Virus record (IMG/VR): IMGVR_UViG_3300024239_000013
Coordinates: 255,335-319,334 of that record
Reading direction: 5' to 3' (one strand)
DNA: 64,000 nt
Of this stretch, positions 20,738-29,402 are shown one piece after another. Below the pieces are notes generated by a model. The model was not told the origin of the DNA and ran no database searches. It worked only from the letters and a program-made list of their open reading frames with translations. The position numbers were made by a program, and so were the translations under genes. Position 1 is the stretch's first letter. Every line of letters starts with the position of its first letter.

Positions 20738-22726
20738 TTACCTTTTTGAGAATTTTTGCTCTAGTGCTGAAGCTATATAATTCATATAATCATTTGAATA
20801 AGCTTTTGGAGCATCGTCTTGAGCTAGATTTTCATTCTCGTTTAGTTTTTGAACACCAACTGGTTTAGTCCCTAGCTGTCTAGTAGACCAGAAGTTTTTG
20901 ATCTGGTAAGGTGTATCTAATCTATAGAAGTTACTTTGAGCAATGATAGATTGCTGGTGGCCTTCGTTAAGAGATTCCCAAACCTGAACATATTCTTCAG
21001 GCATCTCGTCGATAAACTTAAGTCCTGTTTTGTTAGTGTTCTCGTTAAGAGTTTCTTCTGCCTTCTGTGTGTCGGCTGGTGCTTCTACAAATCTAGAAGC
21101 TTCGTTTATATTTGATTCAGTTTTTTGTGTTTTAACTGATTCTATCAAATTGTCAATTTTTGTTGAAAGATTATCATAATCTCCAGCAAATCCAGATTCA
21201 TTTAAACCTGCTTTAGCTGAAAGATCTACGCTTTCTCTTAGTGATTCTTCTTTTTGCATAATTCCGTTATTAACGCTTTCTGCTATATATTCAGTATAAG
21301 ATATTGATCTTTTAACTTTTTCTGCTAAATATTCAGAATAATCCAATCCTCTATTAAGATTTTCAGCTAAATAATCAGAATATTCGATTGATTTGTTTAA
21401 GTTTTCTGCTAAGTACTCAGTATATTCAATTCCATCATTTAGTTTTTCTGCTACGTATTCAGTGTAGGCAATACCTTTATCTAAGTTTTCTGCAATATAT
21501 TCAGTGTAAGCAATACCTTTATCTACATTTTCTGCAAGATATTCAGCGTAGGCAATACCTTTATCTACATTTTCTGCAAGATATTCAGAATATTGGATAT
21601 TCTGATCAACTTTCTCTGCAAGATACTTAGAATATTCAATGGATTTATCTACATTTTCAGCAACATACTCAGAATAAGAAATGGATTTATCTACATTTTC
21701 AGCTAAATACTTAGAATAAGAAATATTCTTATCAAGATTTTCAGCTAAATATTTGCTGTAGCTGATACTAGAATCTAAATTCTCTGCAAGATATTCTCCG
21801 TACTTGATAGCATTATCTAAGTTTTCAGCAAGATATTCAGAATATTTTTCTAATTTTTTTACTCTTTCTTCTAGTGCTGAAGTATTAGAAGATTCATCAG
21901 ATTCTGTCAATTTTTCTCTTTGGTCTTTAATTTCTGCTATTGAACTTTTCATAGCATCCATCTCTTTTTTTAAGAAAATCGAATATCGATTAAGTTCTTC
22001 TGCAGTAACAAGTTCTTTATTCTCCATGAGGATTGTTTTATTTTTGTCTATTTTTGATACGAGTTTGTTAAATTCTTCGTTATTTTCAACTTTATATATC
22101 TTTACTGAGGATTCATTTTCTAGGCCTAATGATTCATTCACACAAATTAAATCAGATAATACACTAGAATTTCTCATTTCGAAAAATTCTTCAAATGTAT
22201 AACCTGCACTTTCATAAACTCTTTCAAGCTGTGCGTCTTGAAATCCAGGATCTGCAACTAGGTCGTAAGTAAATATCTTTTTAATTTGAACTTTCTTATC
22301 GTTACCTACCGCTCCTGCTGCTCTAGATGATATAGATAAAGGAACTCCAGCATCTACTAATTTCTTAGCAATCTGACCCGCTGGTGTATCTAGAAGTCTT
22401 ACTTTAATTCTAATTTCTCTAGTATTCTTATCGTAAGTAAGATCCGTAATTATGTGGGATATGTTTTTTAAAGAAACGTCAAACTTTTCTGGGTGGTCTA
22501 ATTCTCCAACCAGTCTTTTTTGAGCTATCTTATCTTTAAGATAATTTAAATGTGGAAGATATTCAGCTTCTTCATATATCCTATTGTTGTTGTTCTCTTT
22601 TCCGAAAACAGCAGCAATACCCTCAAGTACATATTCTTCAGAATCTGTTTTTTTAGATTCCAAAACCGTTTCCTGTCTTTCTAGAATAAAAACTAAATCT
22701 TCGTTCAATTTTTGAGTTGTCGGCAT
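20738..22726 (-). CDS. gp21: Prohead protease (gp21-like) fused to repeat-rich scaffold
   Basis: LEGIAAVFG.ENNNNRIY, LVGELDHP, GVPLSISSRAAG, TYDLVADPGF, followed by 14-aa repeats. Confidence 0.9.
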   Translation of the reverse strand: MPTTQKLNEDLVFILERQETVLESKKTDSEEYVLEGIAAVFGKENNNNRIYEEAEYLPHLNYLKDKIAQKRLVGELDHPEKFDVSLKNISHIITDLTYDKNTREIRIKVRLLDTPAGQIAKKLVDAGVPLSISSRAAGAVGNDKKVQIKKIFTYDLVADPGFQDAQLERVYESAGYTFEEFFEMRNSSVLSDLICVNESLGLENESSVKIYKVENNEEFNKLVSKIDKNKTILMENKELVTAEELNRYSIFLKKEMDAMKSSIAEIKDQREKLTESDESSNTSALEERVKKLEKYSEYLAENLDNAIKYGEYLAENLDSSISYSKYLAENLDKNISYSKYLAENVDKSISYSEYVAENVDKSIEYSKYLAEKVDQNIQYSEYLAENVDKGIAYAEYLAENVDKGIAYTEYIAENLDKGIAYTEYVAEKLNDGIEYTEYLAENLNKSIEYSDYLAENLNRGLDYSEYLAEKVKRSISYTEYIAESVNNGIMQKEESLRESVDLSAKAGLNESGFAGDYDNLSTKIDNLIESVKTQKTESNINEASRFVEAPADTQKAEETLNENTNKTGLKFIDEMPEEYVQVWESLNEGHQQSIIAQSNFYRLDTPYQIKNFWSTRQLGTKPVGVQKLNENENLAQDDAPKAYSNDYMNYIASALEQKFSKR
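21269..21856 (-). repeat. 14 tandem in-frame 42-bp repeats (14 aa, consensus KSIxYSEYLAENLD)
   Basis: Counted directly in the protein, from KLEKYSEYLAENLD to RSISYTEYIAESVN. Confidence 0.92.
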
Positions 22727-22751
22727 TTTTCTATATTCTTTTTATCTTTCT

Positions 22752-22761
22752 TATATATCAA
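22752..22761 (-). promoter_or_regulatory. Late promoter TTGATATATA
   Basis: 25 nt upstream of the protease/capsid operon. Confidence 0.7.
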
Positions 22762-22794
22762 TAAAGATTTTAATATTTTTAATCTTTTTTTATA

Positions 22795-25377
22795 TTATTC
22801 ATATTTTATTCTATCTTCAACTTCAGTCGTAAACTTTTTAGCTATTTGGAAAGCTTCACCGTCGGTCACTCTATATTTTCTAACTCTATCCCCAGGGGAT
22901 GCAAATTTATTTTTAAGTTTAACTTCTACTATATCTCCTCTGTTATCCTGTAGTGCTTTTGCGAAAGATATTGCCTTCCATCCTTCTACGCCTAGAACTT
23001 CTTTTTCCTTATCTGATAAGAACTTATCTATTAAGTTTATTCCACCAGTTACTGAATTGTCTCTTATTATCGTAGAACTTCTTCTATCCTTAATTTTAAC
23101 ATCATTTGGATCAACCTTGATATAATAATCATCAGAAACCTTACCTTCTACTTTATCACCAGAAACTTCTGGTTTTTTTTCATCGGTTTTTGGATTTACT
23201 ACTGTTACGATATCAGATTCTCTTCCGTCTTTTTTATTATCAAGTTTGGCTTTTTTAAATTGATATACACCTCTCTTAGGATTGTTTATATCCTCATTTA
23301 TGGTATTTGTCTGAACCGAAATCGATTCACCTCTTTTGGCTCCATAGTCACTTGGATCTATAGTAAAGTTAGTGAATTTTCCAGTTTTATATTTTCTTAA
23401 TTCTGGATCTGCGTATTCTCTATCAGTAACCCAATATATTGCGACTTTTGCTGGTGTTGATAAATCGGCTGAAGATAGACTAACAATATCTCCTGATTTT
23501 TTATCCTCATTTATACCATAAATTCTATCGCTAAACGAAGAGAAGCTTGTAATGACATCATTTTCATTAACAAGGTCCATGTATACTAAGCCACCGTCTT
23601 CTGATTCATTCTTTTTAGAACCATTTCCTGAATCTTCTTTAACTTCCTTAGGTATAAATATTTTATCGATGTCATCTTTAGAAGTTGATCTTAATTCGTC
23701 ATTATTCATAAGTCTACCAACAACATTTATTATATCACCTTCATCGTTCTGATAATAAAATTCATAATTTTCTGGTGCACTATCATCTGAAATTATAAGT
23801 TGATCTGAAGAACTGTCCAAAGCTGTTTTAAAAACATCCCAATCACACATACCCTTAAATTTAAAGATAGTTGCTAATTTAGATATTCCGTCAACATAAG
23901 ATATTTTAAAATCAAGGTCTTCGTTATCGAAAACTCTAGCTATAGTATTTAGAGCACCTTCTTGGTCATTAACAATGTCGTTATTGTCCAATGCAATTAA
24001 AACAAGATCATGTTCTGCAAGTTGTTTCTGTGCTTCTTTAGAATTTATCTGAGTTAATATAAGTATGGAGTAATTGTTCTTATCCGCTATTTTAATAAAT
24101 TCTGCTGTTGTTCTCGTTTCATTGTTAAAAAGGAAACTAGTAACAGTGCCCCATCCTCCTCCTGCTGGCTGAGACCAACAAACTGTAATAGGTACTCCGA
24201 TTGGGATTTTTTTAGAATCCATTTCCCTCTGTGCAAATGATTTAACCTCATTATATTTTGGAGCTTGCTTATCACTAAACCAATTCCAAGCTGATCCTAT
24301 TACGTCAGTTAAAATAAGTATTTCACCAACAAAAGGAATAAGTTTAGCTCCTCCTTGAGCTGCTCCTCTTGTAAATCCTTTAGAAAATGCTTTTAAAGCA
24401 CCCTTTGCTCCAACCTTACCTAATGTATAAGCTGATTTTGCTCCCTTTGCTCCTCTAACTATCGAAGATCCAATAGTTCTGGTGTTTTTAAGTAAAGCAA
24501 CATCTTTAGCTCCTCCCCATAGACTTTTTATAGCAGAACCACCATAATTTTTTATCTTATCCATTACACCAGGGGGAACCTGAGTTGCATTTTTTGGATT
24601 TATTCTAAATCCCGATATACTCTTAAGTAAAAGTGCTCCAGATAATGCTCCACCCGCAGCTTTTAATGCTCCAAAAAGAGTGATACTAACCCCACCCATT
24701 ACTGCTAATATTGATGCATCTTGTATAATTTTTTGAGTAAGACCTTCAGCAGTTTCATTTTCTGGAATTTGACCACCGGGATACATCTCATTAACATCAA
24801 GAAGCATTATCTTTGATGCAGATTGAGATTTAGTGAAAGATTTCATTTTTACCGCCTTTAAGGTTTCCTGTATATCTTCTCCAGTATCTGGATCATTTCC
24901 ACAGATAAAAATTGCCTTTTCCTTTCCATCTAATATTTCACCAGGACTTAAAGTTTCGTCTATTTTACCTTCACTCTTTAATTTATTGTAAGCAAAATGG
25001 AATTTTATGGCTTCCCTAAATTTAGGATCATCATCAGCAGTATTAGTATCTTCATTCAATTTAGAAAAATTAGAAAAAGAAATTACTCCGTTATCTAAAT
25101 CGTTCTCATCTAACGAAACGTTTATATCGTCTAAATTAAAATTATATTTTTCCTTGATGTATTCTGCAACATTAGAATATTTACTCATATCTTCAGAATC
25201 AGCGACCCAAGATCTAGGATTTTTATCAAGCCATTTTTGAAAATCCTCAGATTTTGCCCACCATTGAAAATCTTCAAAAGATGCACTTTCTGCTCCTTTC
25301 ATATCAAGGGGAACTGTTAAGAATGGGAAATCGTCTCCGTTTTTATATTCTGTTTTTTTAGGTAGTAGTATAATCAT
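22795..25377 (-). CDS. Large probable virion protein with hydrophobic Gly/Ala-rich segment
   Basis: 860 aa; ILAVMGGVSITLFGALKAAGGALSGALLL and LIPFVGEILILTDV; internal ISFSNFSKLNE motif. Confidence 0.5.
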   Translation of the reverse strand: MIILLPKKTEYKNGDDFPFLTVPLDMKGAESASFEDFQWWAKSEDFQKWLDKNPRSWVADSEDMSKYSNVAEYIKEKYNFNLDDINVSLDENDLDNGVISFSNFSKLNEDTNTADDDPKFREAIKFHFAYNKLKSEGKIDETLSPGEILDGKEKAIFICGNDPDTGEDIQETLKAVKMKSFTKSQSASKIMLLDVNEMYPGGQIPENETAEGLTQKIIQDASILAVMGGVSITLFGALKAAGGALSGALLLKSISGFRINPKNATQVPPGVMDKIKNYGGSAIKSLWGGAKDVALLKNTRTIGSSIVRGAKGAKSAYTLGKVGAKGALKAFSKGFTRGAAQGGAKLIPFVGEILILTDVIGSAWNWFSDKQAPKYNEVKSFAQREMDSKKIPIGVPITVCWSQPAGGGWGTVTSFLFNNETRTTAEFIKIADKNNYSILILTQINSKEAQKQLAEHDLVLIALDNNDIVNDQEGALNTIARVFDNEDLDFKISYVDGISKLATIFKFKGMCDWDVFKTALDSSSDQLIISDDSAPENYEFYYQNDEGDIINVVGRLMNNDELRSTSKDDIDKIFIPKEVKEDSGNGSKKNESEDGGLVYMDLVNENDVITSFSSFSDRIYGINEDKKSGDIVSLSSADLSTPAKVAIYWVTDREYADPELRKYKTGKFTNFTIDPSDYGAKRGESISVQTNTINEDINNPKRGVYQFKKAKLDNKKDGRESDIVTVVNPKTDEKKPEVSGDKVEGKVSDDYYIKVDPNDVKIKDRRSSTIIRDNSVTGGINLIDKFLSDKEKEVLGVEGWKAISFAKALQDNRGDIVEVKLKNKFASPGDRVRKYRVTDGEAFQIAKKFTTEVEDRIKYE

Positions 25378-25379
25378 TT

Positions 25380-26180
25380 CTATTTTTCTGTGTAAATTTT
25401 ATCGTATGATTTTGAAATAATATTTATCAATTTTTCTATATATCCTTCATTTCTAAGCTTTTTAAATGCTAGGTTTCCTATAGACATTTCTCCTCCTTTT
25501 TCTAACCCCTCTCTTCTCATTTTAAATATTTTTTTCTTCATCGTAAGACATCTCTTATAAAGTTGTCTAGCATTTGAAGGTATCATCGAGTCAACAAGAA
25601 GTCTTGAATGTAATTGTTCTATGTCAGAAACTATGGAATTATATTTCTTTTCAACATCTCTCTCGTCTATTGAAGGTGGATTATATGATGGAGATTTTAT
25701 CCATTCATTTTTTAAAAGAGAAAAGAGAGCAGATGCTGTATGTGGTTCTGATTCGTCCTGTACGTAAAGTTCAACGTCATAACCTCTAATAACGATATCA
25801 TGTCTAAGATTCCACATGAATCTAATCCCACCTATGGCTTTTTTTAGTATTTGAGGATTGTCATCATCAATACCTTTAAGGTTAACTATAATATGAACGT
25901 CAAGATCAGAAAAATCTGTGTAGTTGTAATTTGATAAAGATCCAGTTAATTGTATATCAACAATATCCTTTTGTTTTAATACATCTTCATAATTAGAAAA
26001 AAATTCATTGGCTATCCTAAGTAGCTTTCTTCTAACTCTCTGGTCAAATACCCATTTATCCTTCTTCTTAGTCCAAAAAACTGGAGCCAACTCATCATGG
26101 TAGAAAGAATTTACCTTTCCTTCATTTAATGAATTGCTTCTTTTATTTAAAAATCTATTAAACTCTAATAATCTATCCAC
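25380..26180 (-). CDS. Pol-beta-superfamily nucleotidyltransferase with capsid-targeting-like leader
   Basis: LTGSLSNYNYTDFSDLDVHII (hGS-x-DhDh) and VELYVQD; GTG start; MDRLLEFNRF..LNE leader. Confidence 0.75.
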   Translation of the reverse strand: MDRLLEFNRFLNKRSNSLNEGKVNSFYHDELAPVFWTKKKDKWVFDQRVRRKLLRIANEFFSNYEDVLKQKDIVDIQLTGSLSNYNYTDFSDLDVHIIVNLKGIDDDNPQILKKAIGGIRFMWNLRHDIVIRGYDVELYVQDESEPHTASALFSLLKNEWIKSPSYNPPSIDERDVEKKYNSIVSDIEQLHSRLLVDSMIPSNARQLYKRCLTMKKKIFKMRREGLEKGGEMSIGNLAFKKLRNEGYIEKLINIISKSYDKIYTEK

Positions 26181-26219
26181 AAAAAAAAAGCTTTTCTCTA
26201 TATATCGAGAAAAGCTTTT
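26181..26219 (-). terminator. Intrinsic terminator whose loop is the late-promoter octamer GATATATA
   Basis: 13-bp stem aaaagcttttctc / gagaaaagctttt, loop tatatatc (26199-26206), T run on - strand. Confidence 0.8.
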
Positions 26220-26238
26220 AATGTATTTGATTTTTTTA

Positions 26239-26940
26239 CTAGAAGCAGATTTTTTTCATGATAAGCATTAATGTTCTAACGTCGGACTCACAATATCTTG
26301 ATATCTTCAAGTGATCTTTGTCCAACCAATACGTTTCATTTACTTTGGATCCATCAAGATCTCCTTTAGGAGATTCTATATTTAGGGAGCAGGCTAATAA
26401 ATCTAAGCTAAGATATTTTTGTTGAACCCAGCTACCAAATGAAAATATCTCAGAGGTATCAACATAAGGGATTTCCCATGGTTTTTTGTCCCATACTTGT
26501 AAATTTCCTGATGGATTTATTCCATTGAATATCATTCTTTTACCAAGACATGGAACATCAAATCCCTTAATATTATGACCACACAATTTCCAATTTTTGG
26601 CCATTGCATTATTGAATATCTTGTTGGTTTTGTTTAGTATATCAACCTCATCGTCACCATAAAAAGATTTAAACGACATTTCACCATCCGCACTAAAAGA
26701 TCCAAAACTAACACATACAACTTTTGAAAATTCGGGTTCTAGAGATCCTTTTTGTAAAAATATTTCACTGTCAGATGCTTTTTCTAGCTCTATATTAGAT
26801 CCTCTATAATAATTTGCTCTCTTAGTCCAAAGAAGAGCAAGTCTAGGATTTAAATATTCCATGGATGAGTAGGATTCGTATGCGCATGCTGTCTCTACAT
26901 CAAAATAAAGTAGATTTTGTATTACTTCTTTTTTAAACAT
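26239..26940 (-). CDS. PolB-exonuclease-like 3'-5' exonuclease (DEDD)
   Basis: YFDVET, GHNIKGFDVP, KPWEIPYVDT, YCESDV. Confidence 0.85.
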   Translation of the reverse strand: MFKKEVIQNLLYFDVETACAYESYSSMEYLNPRLALLWTKRANYYRGSNIELEKASDSEIFLQKGSLEPEFSKVVCVSFGSFSADGEMSFKSFYGDDEVDILNKTNKIFNNAMAKNWKLCGHNIKGFDVPCLGKRMIFNGINPSGNLQVWDKKPWEIPYVDTSEIFSFGSWVQQKYLSLDLLACSLNIESPKGDLDGSKVNETYWLDKDHLKISRYCESDVRTLMLIMKKICF

Positions 26941-26957
26941 AAAAAATTATTTTTAAG

Positions 26958-26965
26958 CAAATTTA
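26958..26965 (-). promoter_or_regulatory. Bacteroidota-type -7 element TAAATTTG(C)
   Basis: Matches TAnnTTTG 17 nt upstream of the ATG; no clear -33 element. Confidence 0.4.
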
Positions 26966-26988
26966 ATAAAAATTCCCGAGAATAAAAA

Positions 26989-27891
26989 TTATTTTTTTAA
27001 AATTTTATTTATTATAGTAGGAGGAAGAGCTTTATAGGTTTTCATATATTTAATATATGATAGTTCTCTTTTAGGTGAATCTATTATAACATCACAATCT
27101 AAACCAAAAGTAGGTATTCTTCTGCTTAAAAATTGTACTGGATTTGGTGAAATAGAAATTCCGTTTTCATTTATTTCCTCAGATTCGGAATGTATATAAA
27201 AAGGTTTTTGACCGGGTCTCCATGTGGAAGCAGCTAAGAATAGTGCTTCTCTTATCGAGAGTCCACCGTCATTAAATTGATGAGGAAGAGATCTGAAACA
27301 AAGAGGAATTCCAGATTCATAATATATTCCAGAAAGAAGATCAGTGATTGAAAATAAACTTGGCTTATCGTCATTTGTTACACATAACTTCTGTCTAGTT
27401 CTATCAGATAACAATGAAAGTCTCTCGCAAAACAATTTCATCGTTTGTTTTCTGTTGCCATAAGCAGATCCAATTCTAACTATTATAGATGGATAATTAA
27501 TGCCGAGAAGGTCTAGTATAGAACTCAATCGGTTTAAAAATAATACACTATTTTCTTTTACCGATTCTATTTGACTTCCTAAGAAATGTTCCTTCCCTAC
27601 AAAAAAACAAATCTTTAGAGAATTCTTGTTAATTAATGAATTTATAGAATTTATTCTTGACGATATCTCAGGATCCTCTTCCTCTATAACATCCAGGAAA
27701 AAAGATTCATGAAAATCAATTTCACCAACATCTAAACAAACAATATTTGCATGGATCCGTGAATTTATTACACAAACATCCAATATTAACGAAAGTATAT
27801 CCTTATAAGAGGTTATTGTAAAGTCCCCCTTTATATGTTCTCTTGGAATTCCAAGATATGAAATATTCGGTTGATTATTTCCAGATAACAT
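26989..27891 (-). CDS. UvsE-like UV-damage endonuclease fold, metal ligands apparently degenerate
   Basis: IG.AYGNRK...RLSLL...KLCVTNDDK, GIPLCF, ASTW, HSES follow the UvsE layout, but HP, IH, END and DxHHH are altered. Confidence 0.65.
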   Translation of the reverse strand: MLSGNNQPNISYLGIPREHIKGDFTITSYKDILSLILDVCVINSRIHANIVCLDVGEIDFHESFFLDVIEEEDPEISSRINSINSLINKNSLKICFFVGKEHFLGSQIESVKENSVLFLNRLSSILDLLGINYPSIIVRIGSAYGNRKQTMKLFCERLSLLSDRTRQKLCVTNDDKPSLFSITDLLSGIYYESGIPLCFRSLPHQFNDGGLSIREALFLAASTWRPGQKPFYIHSESEEINENGISISPNPVQFLSRRIPTFGLDCDVIIDSPKRELSYIKYMKTYKALPPTIINKILKK

Positions 27892-27904
27892 TTATTTTTT
27901 ACTA

Positions 27905-27932
27905 TTGTATCTGAATAACAGTAAATAGTTTC
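27905..27932 (-). promoter_or_regulatory. ECF-type promoter GAAAC-N17-ATACAA
   Basis: Exact spacing, 13 nt upstream of ATG 27891. Confidence 0.6.
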
Positions 27933-27937
27933 GCTAG

Positions 27938-28417
27938 TTATCCACCAGTAGTTTCCAAGCCAAGTTCGTTTGAGCTATATACAGTATCTGAATTGTAAGC
28001 AGATCCTGGTATTTCGTTATTTTTATATTTTGAAAGGGTTTCCATGTTACCGTGATCCCCACCTTCTGCAAATTTAACGGTGTCACTTTTAACCTCAATA
28101 ACGCTTTCTGTTTTTTTACCGTCAGTATAAACTTGTATAAAATATCTATATTGCTGATTATCAGGATTTCTAAAAGCTCTAACTATTACACCAATAACCT
28201 TCTTCTTTGAATTCAATGGCTGAGCAGTGATAACATCACCCAATTGAAATTGTGAACCCTTAACAGTTCTATCCACATTAGGATCTGGGCCAACGGAAAC
28301 CGAAAGATCACTGAATGGCTTATAATTTATTTTAAATACACCATTGGCTCCGCCATATCCATAGCTGTCTCCAAATGCATTGCTATCAAATTCATTTATT
28401 GAGATTATGTGTTTCAT
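27938..28417 (-). CDS. Probable internal head protein with SH3/KOW-like domain
   Basis: MKHIISINEF leader; FQLGDVITAQ...IGVIV. Confidence 0.5.
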   Translation of the reverse strand: MKHIISINEFDSNAFGDSYGYGGANGVFKINYKPFSDLSVSVGPDPNVDRTVKGSQFQLGDVITAQPLNSKKKVIGVIVRAFRNPDNQQYRYFIQVYTDGKKTESVIEVKSDTVKFAEGGDHGNMETLSKYKNNEIPGSAYNSDTVYSSNELGLETTGG

Positions 28418-28418
28418 A

Positions 28419-28967
28419 TTAATTAATGTCGGGATTTTCCGAGTTATTTTGAAGCTTTATAACTTCTTTTATCTTAGAAGCTAATTCATATTGTTCATTG
28501 TCAATAGCCTTTTTGAACATAATCTCGAGTTTATTCTCATCGGAATCCTCAAATTTATTATTCTTATATTGAGAATTTTCTATAGTTAGGACCCTTTGTG
28601 GAGAGTAGATGACTTCTAGTGTAGAATCTAGTACAATCTCTTCGAATTCCGCTTCTTCATCATCATATTGTTCCATCAGCTGGTTTAATGATTCTTCGGT
28701 CCATTCTGCATTGTTCCAGAAAATCATCCAATACCCATAAATTAATTCGGAAAGATCATTTTCTATGACGTATTTTAATAGGCATTTTAGCTCATTTTTT
28801 ATATCTGATTTGGTTATACCGGTATCAAAAGATTTTCTCTTAATTCCAGGTATAGCAGAGGTTCCGTCTCCGACACCTTTTTTAAAGCAAGTATTTACCG
28901 CATAAATAGAATCCCAGTCTAGACTAGAAATTACTTTTTCGATTAATTTATTGTTGGGCTTTTTCAT
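28419..28967 (-). CDS. Hypothetical protein with C-terminal UVR (UvrB/UvrC) motif
   Basis: KLEIMFKKAIDNEQYELASKIKEVI. Confidence 0.6.
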   Translation of the reverse strand: MKKPNNKLIEKVISSLDWDSIYAVNTCFKKGVGDGTSAIPGIKRKSFDTGITKSDIKNELKCLLKYVIENDLSELIYGYWMIFWNNAEWTEESLNQLMEQYDDEEAEFEEIVLDSTLEVIYSPQRVLTIENSQYKNNKFEDSDENKLEIMFKKAIDNEQYELASKIKEVIKLQNNSENPDIN

Positions 28968-28972
28968 TTTTT

Positions 28973-28981
28973 TATATATCC
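28973..28981 (-). promoter_or_regulatory. Late-promoter motif GGATATATA
   Basis: 5 nt upstream of ATG 28967, implying a very short leader. Confidence 0.5.
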
Positions 28982-28983
28982 TT

Positions 28984-29397
28984 TTATCTTCCTATTTGCT
29001 CTGCTATATCGGATATCCATTTCTGGTATCTTTCTGGATAGAAACTTTTTAACTGTAAAAGATCTTTTTTTGTAATTTTGTATTTTTCCCTTATTAAATC
29101 TTCAATATCAGGTAATTCTTTTACTGAATCTATCTTCTCCTTTTCTAATTTTTTAGTTTTTGTATATATCCAAGTTGGAGGTTTGCTGTATCTGTGAGAT
29201 AGATTGTCTCTCCACCAATCTACTACCGGAGGGGAGACAACCTTTAATTTATTGAATTGATTAGCCTGTATGGGAAATTGTATCGACATGATTCGATTGA
29301 CCATAAAAAAATTCTTAGACTTATCAAATTTACCTACAGTTTTCCAAACTTTATCGTCACTTGAAAATATATTTTTTATTAAAGTAAATAATTCCAT
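28984..29397 (-). CDS. Probable clamp-loader small subunit (gp62-like)
   Basis: FFMVNRIMSIQFPIQANQFN resembles the gp62 FMINR.LS...AN pattern; same run as the gp44-like gene. Confidence 0.5.
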   Translation of the reverse strand: MELFTLIKNIFSSDDKVWKTVGKFDKSKNFFMVNRIMSIQFPIQANQFNKLKVVSPPVVDWWRDNLSHRYSKPPTWIYTKTKKLEKEKIDSVKELPDIEDLIREKYKITKKDLLQLKSFYPERYQKWISDIAEQIGR

Positions 29398-29402
29398 TGT
29401 TA

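Noticed and set aside
21269-21856. 42-bp periodic repeat as a CRISPR array
   Set aside because: Contiguous in-frame coding repeats with synonymous variation and no unique spacers
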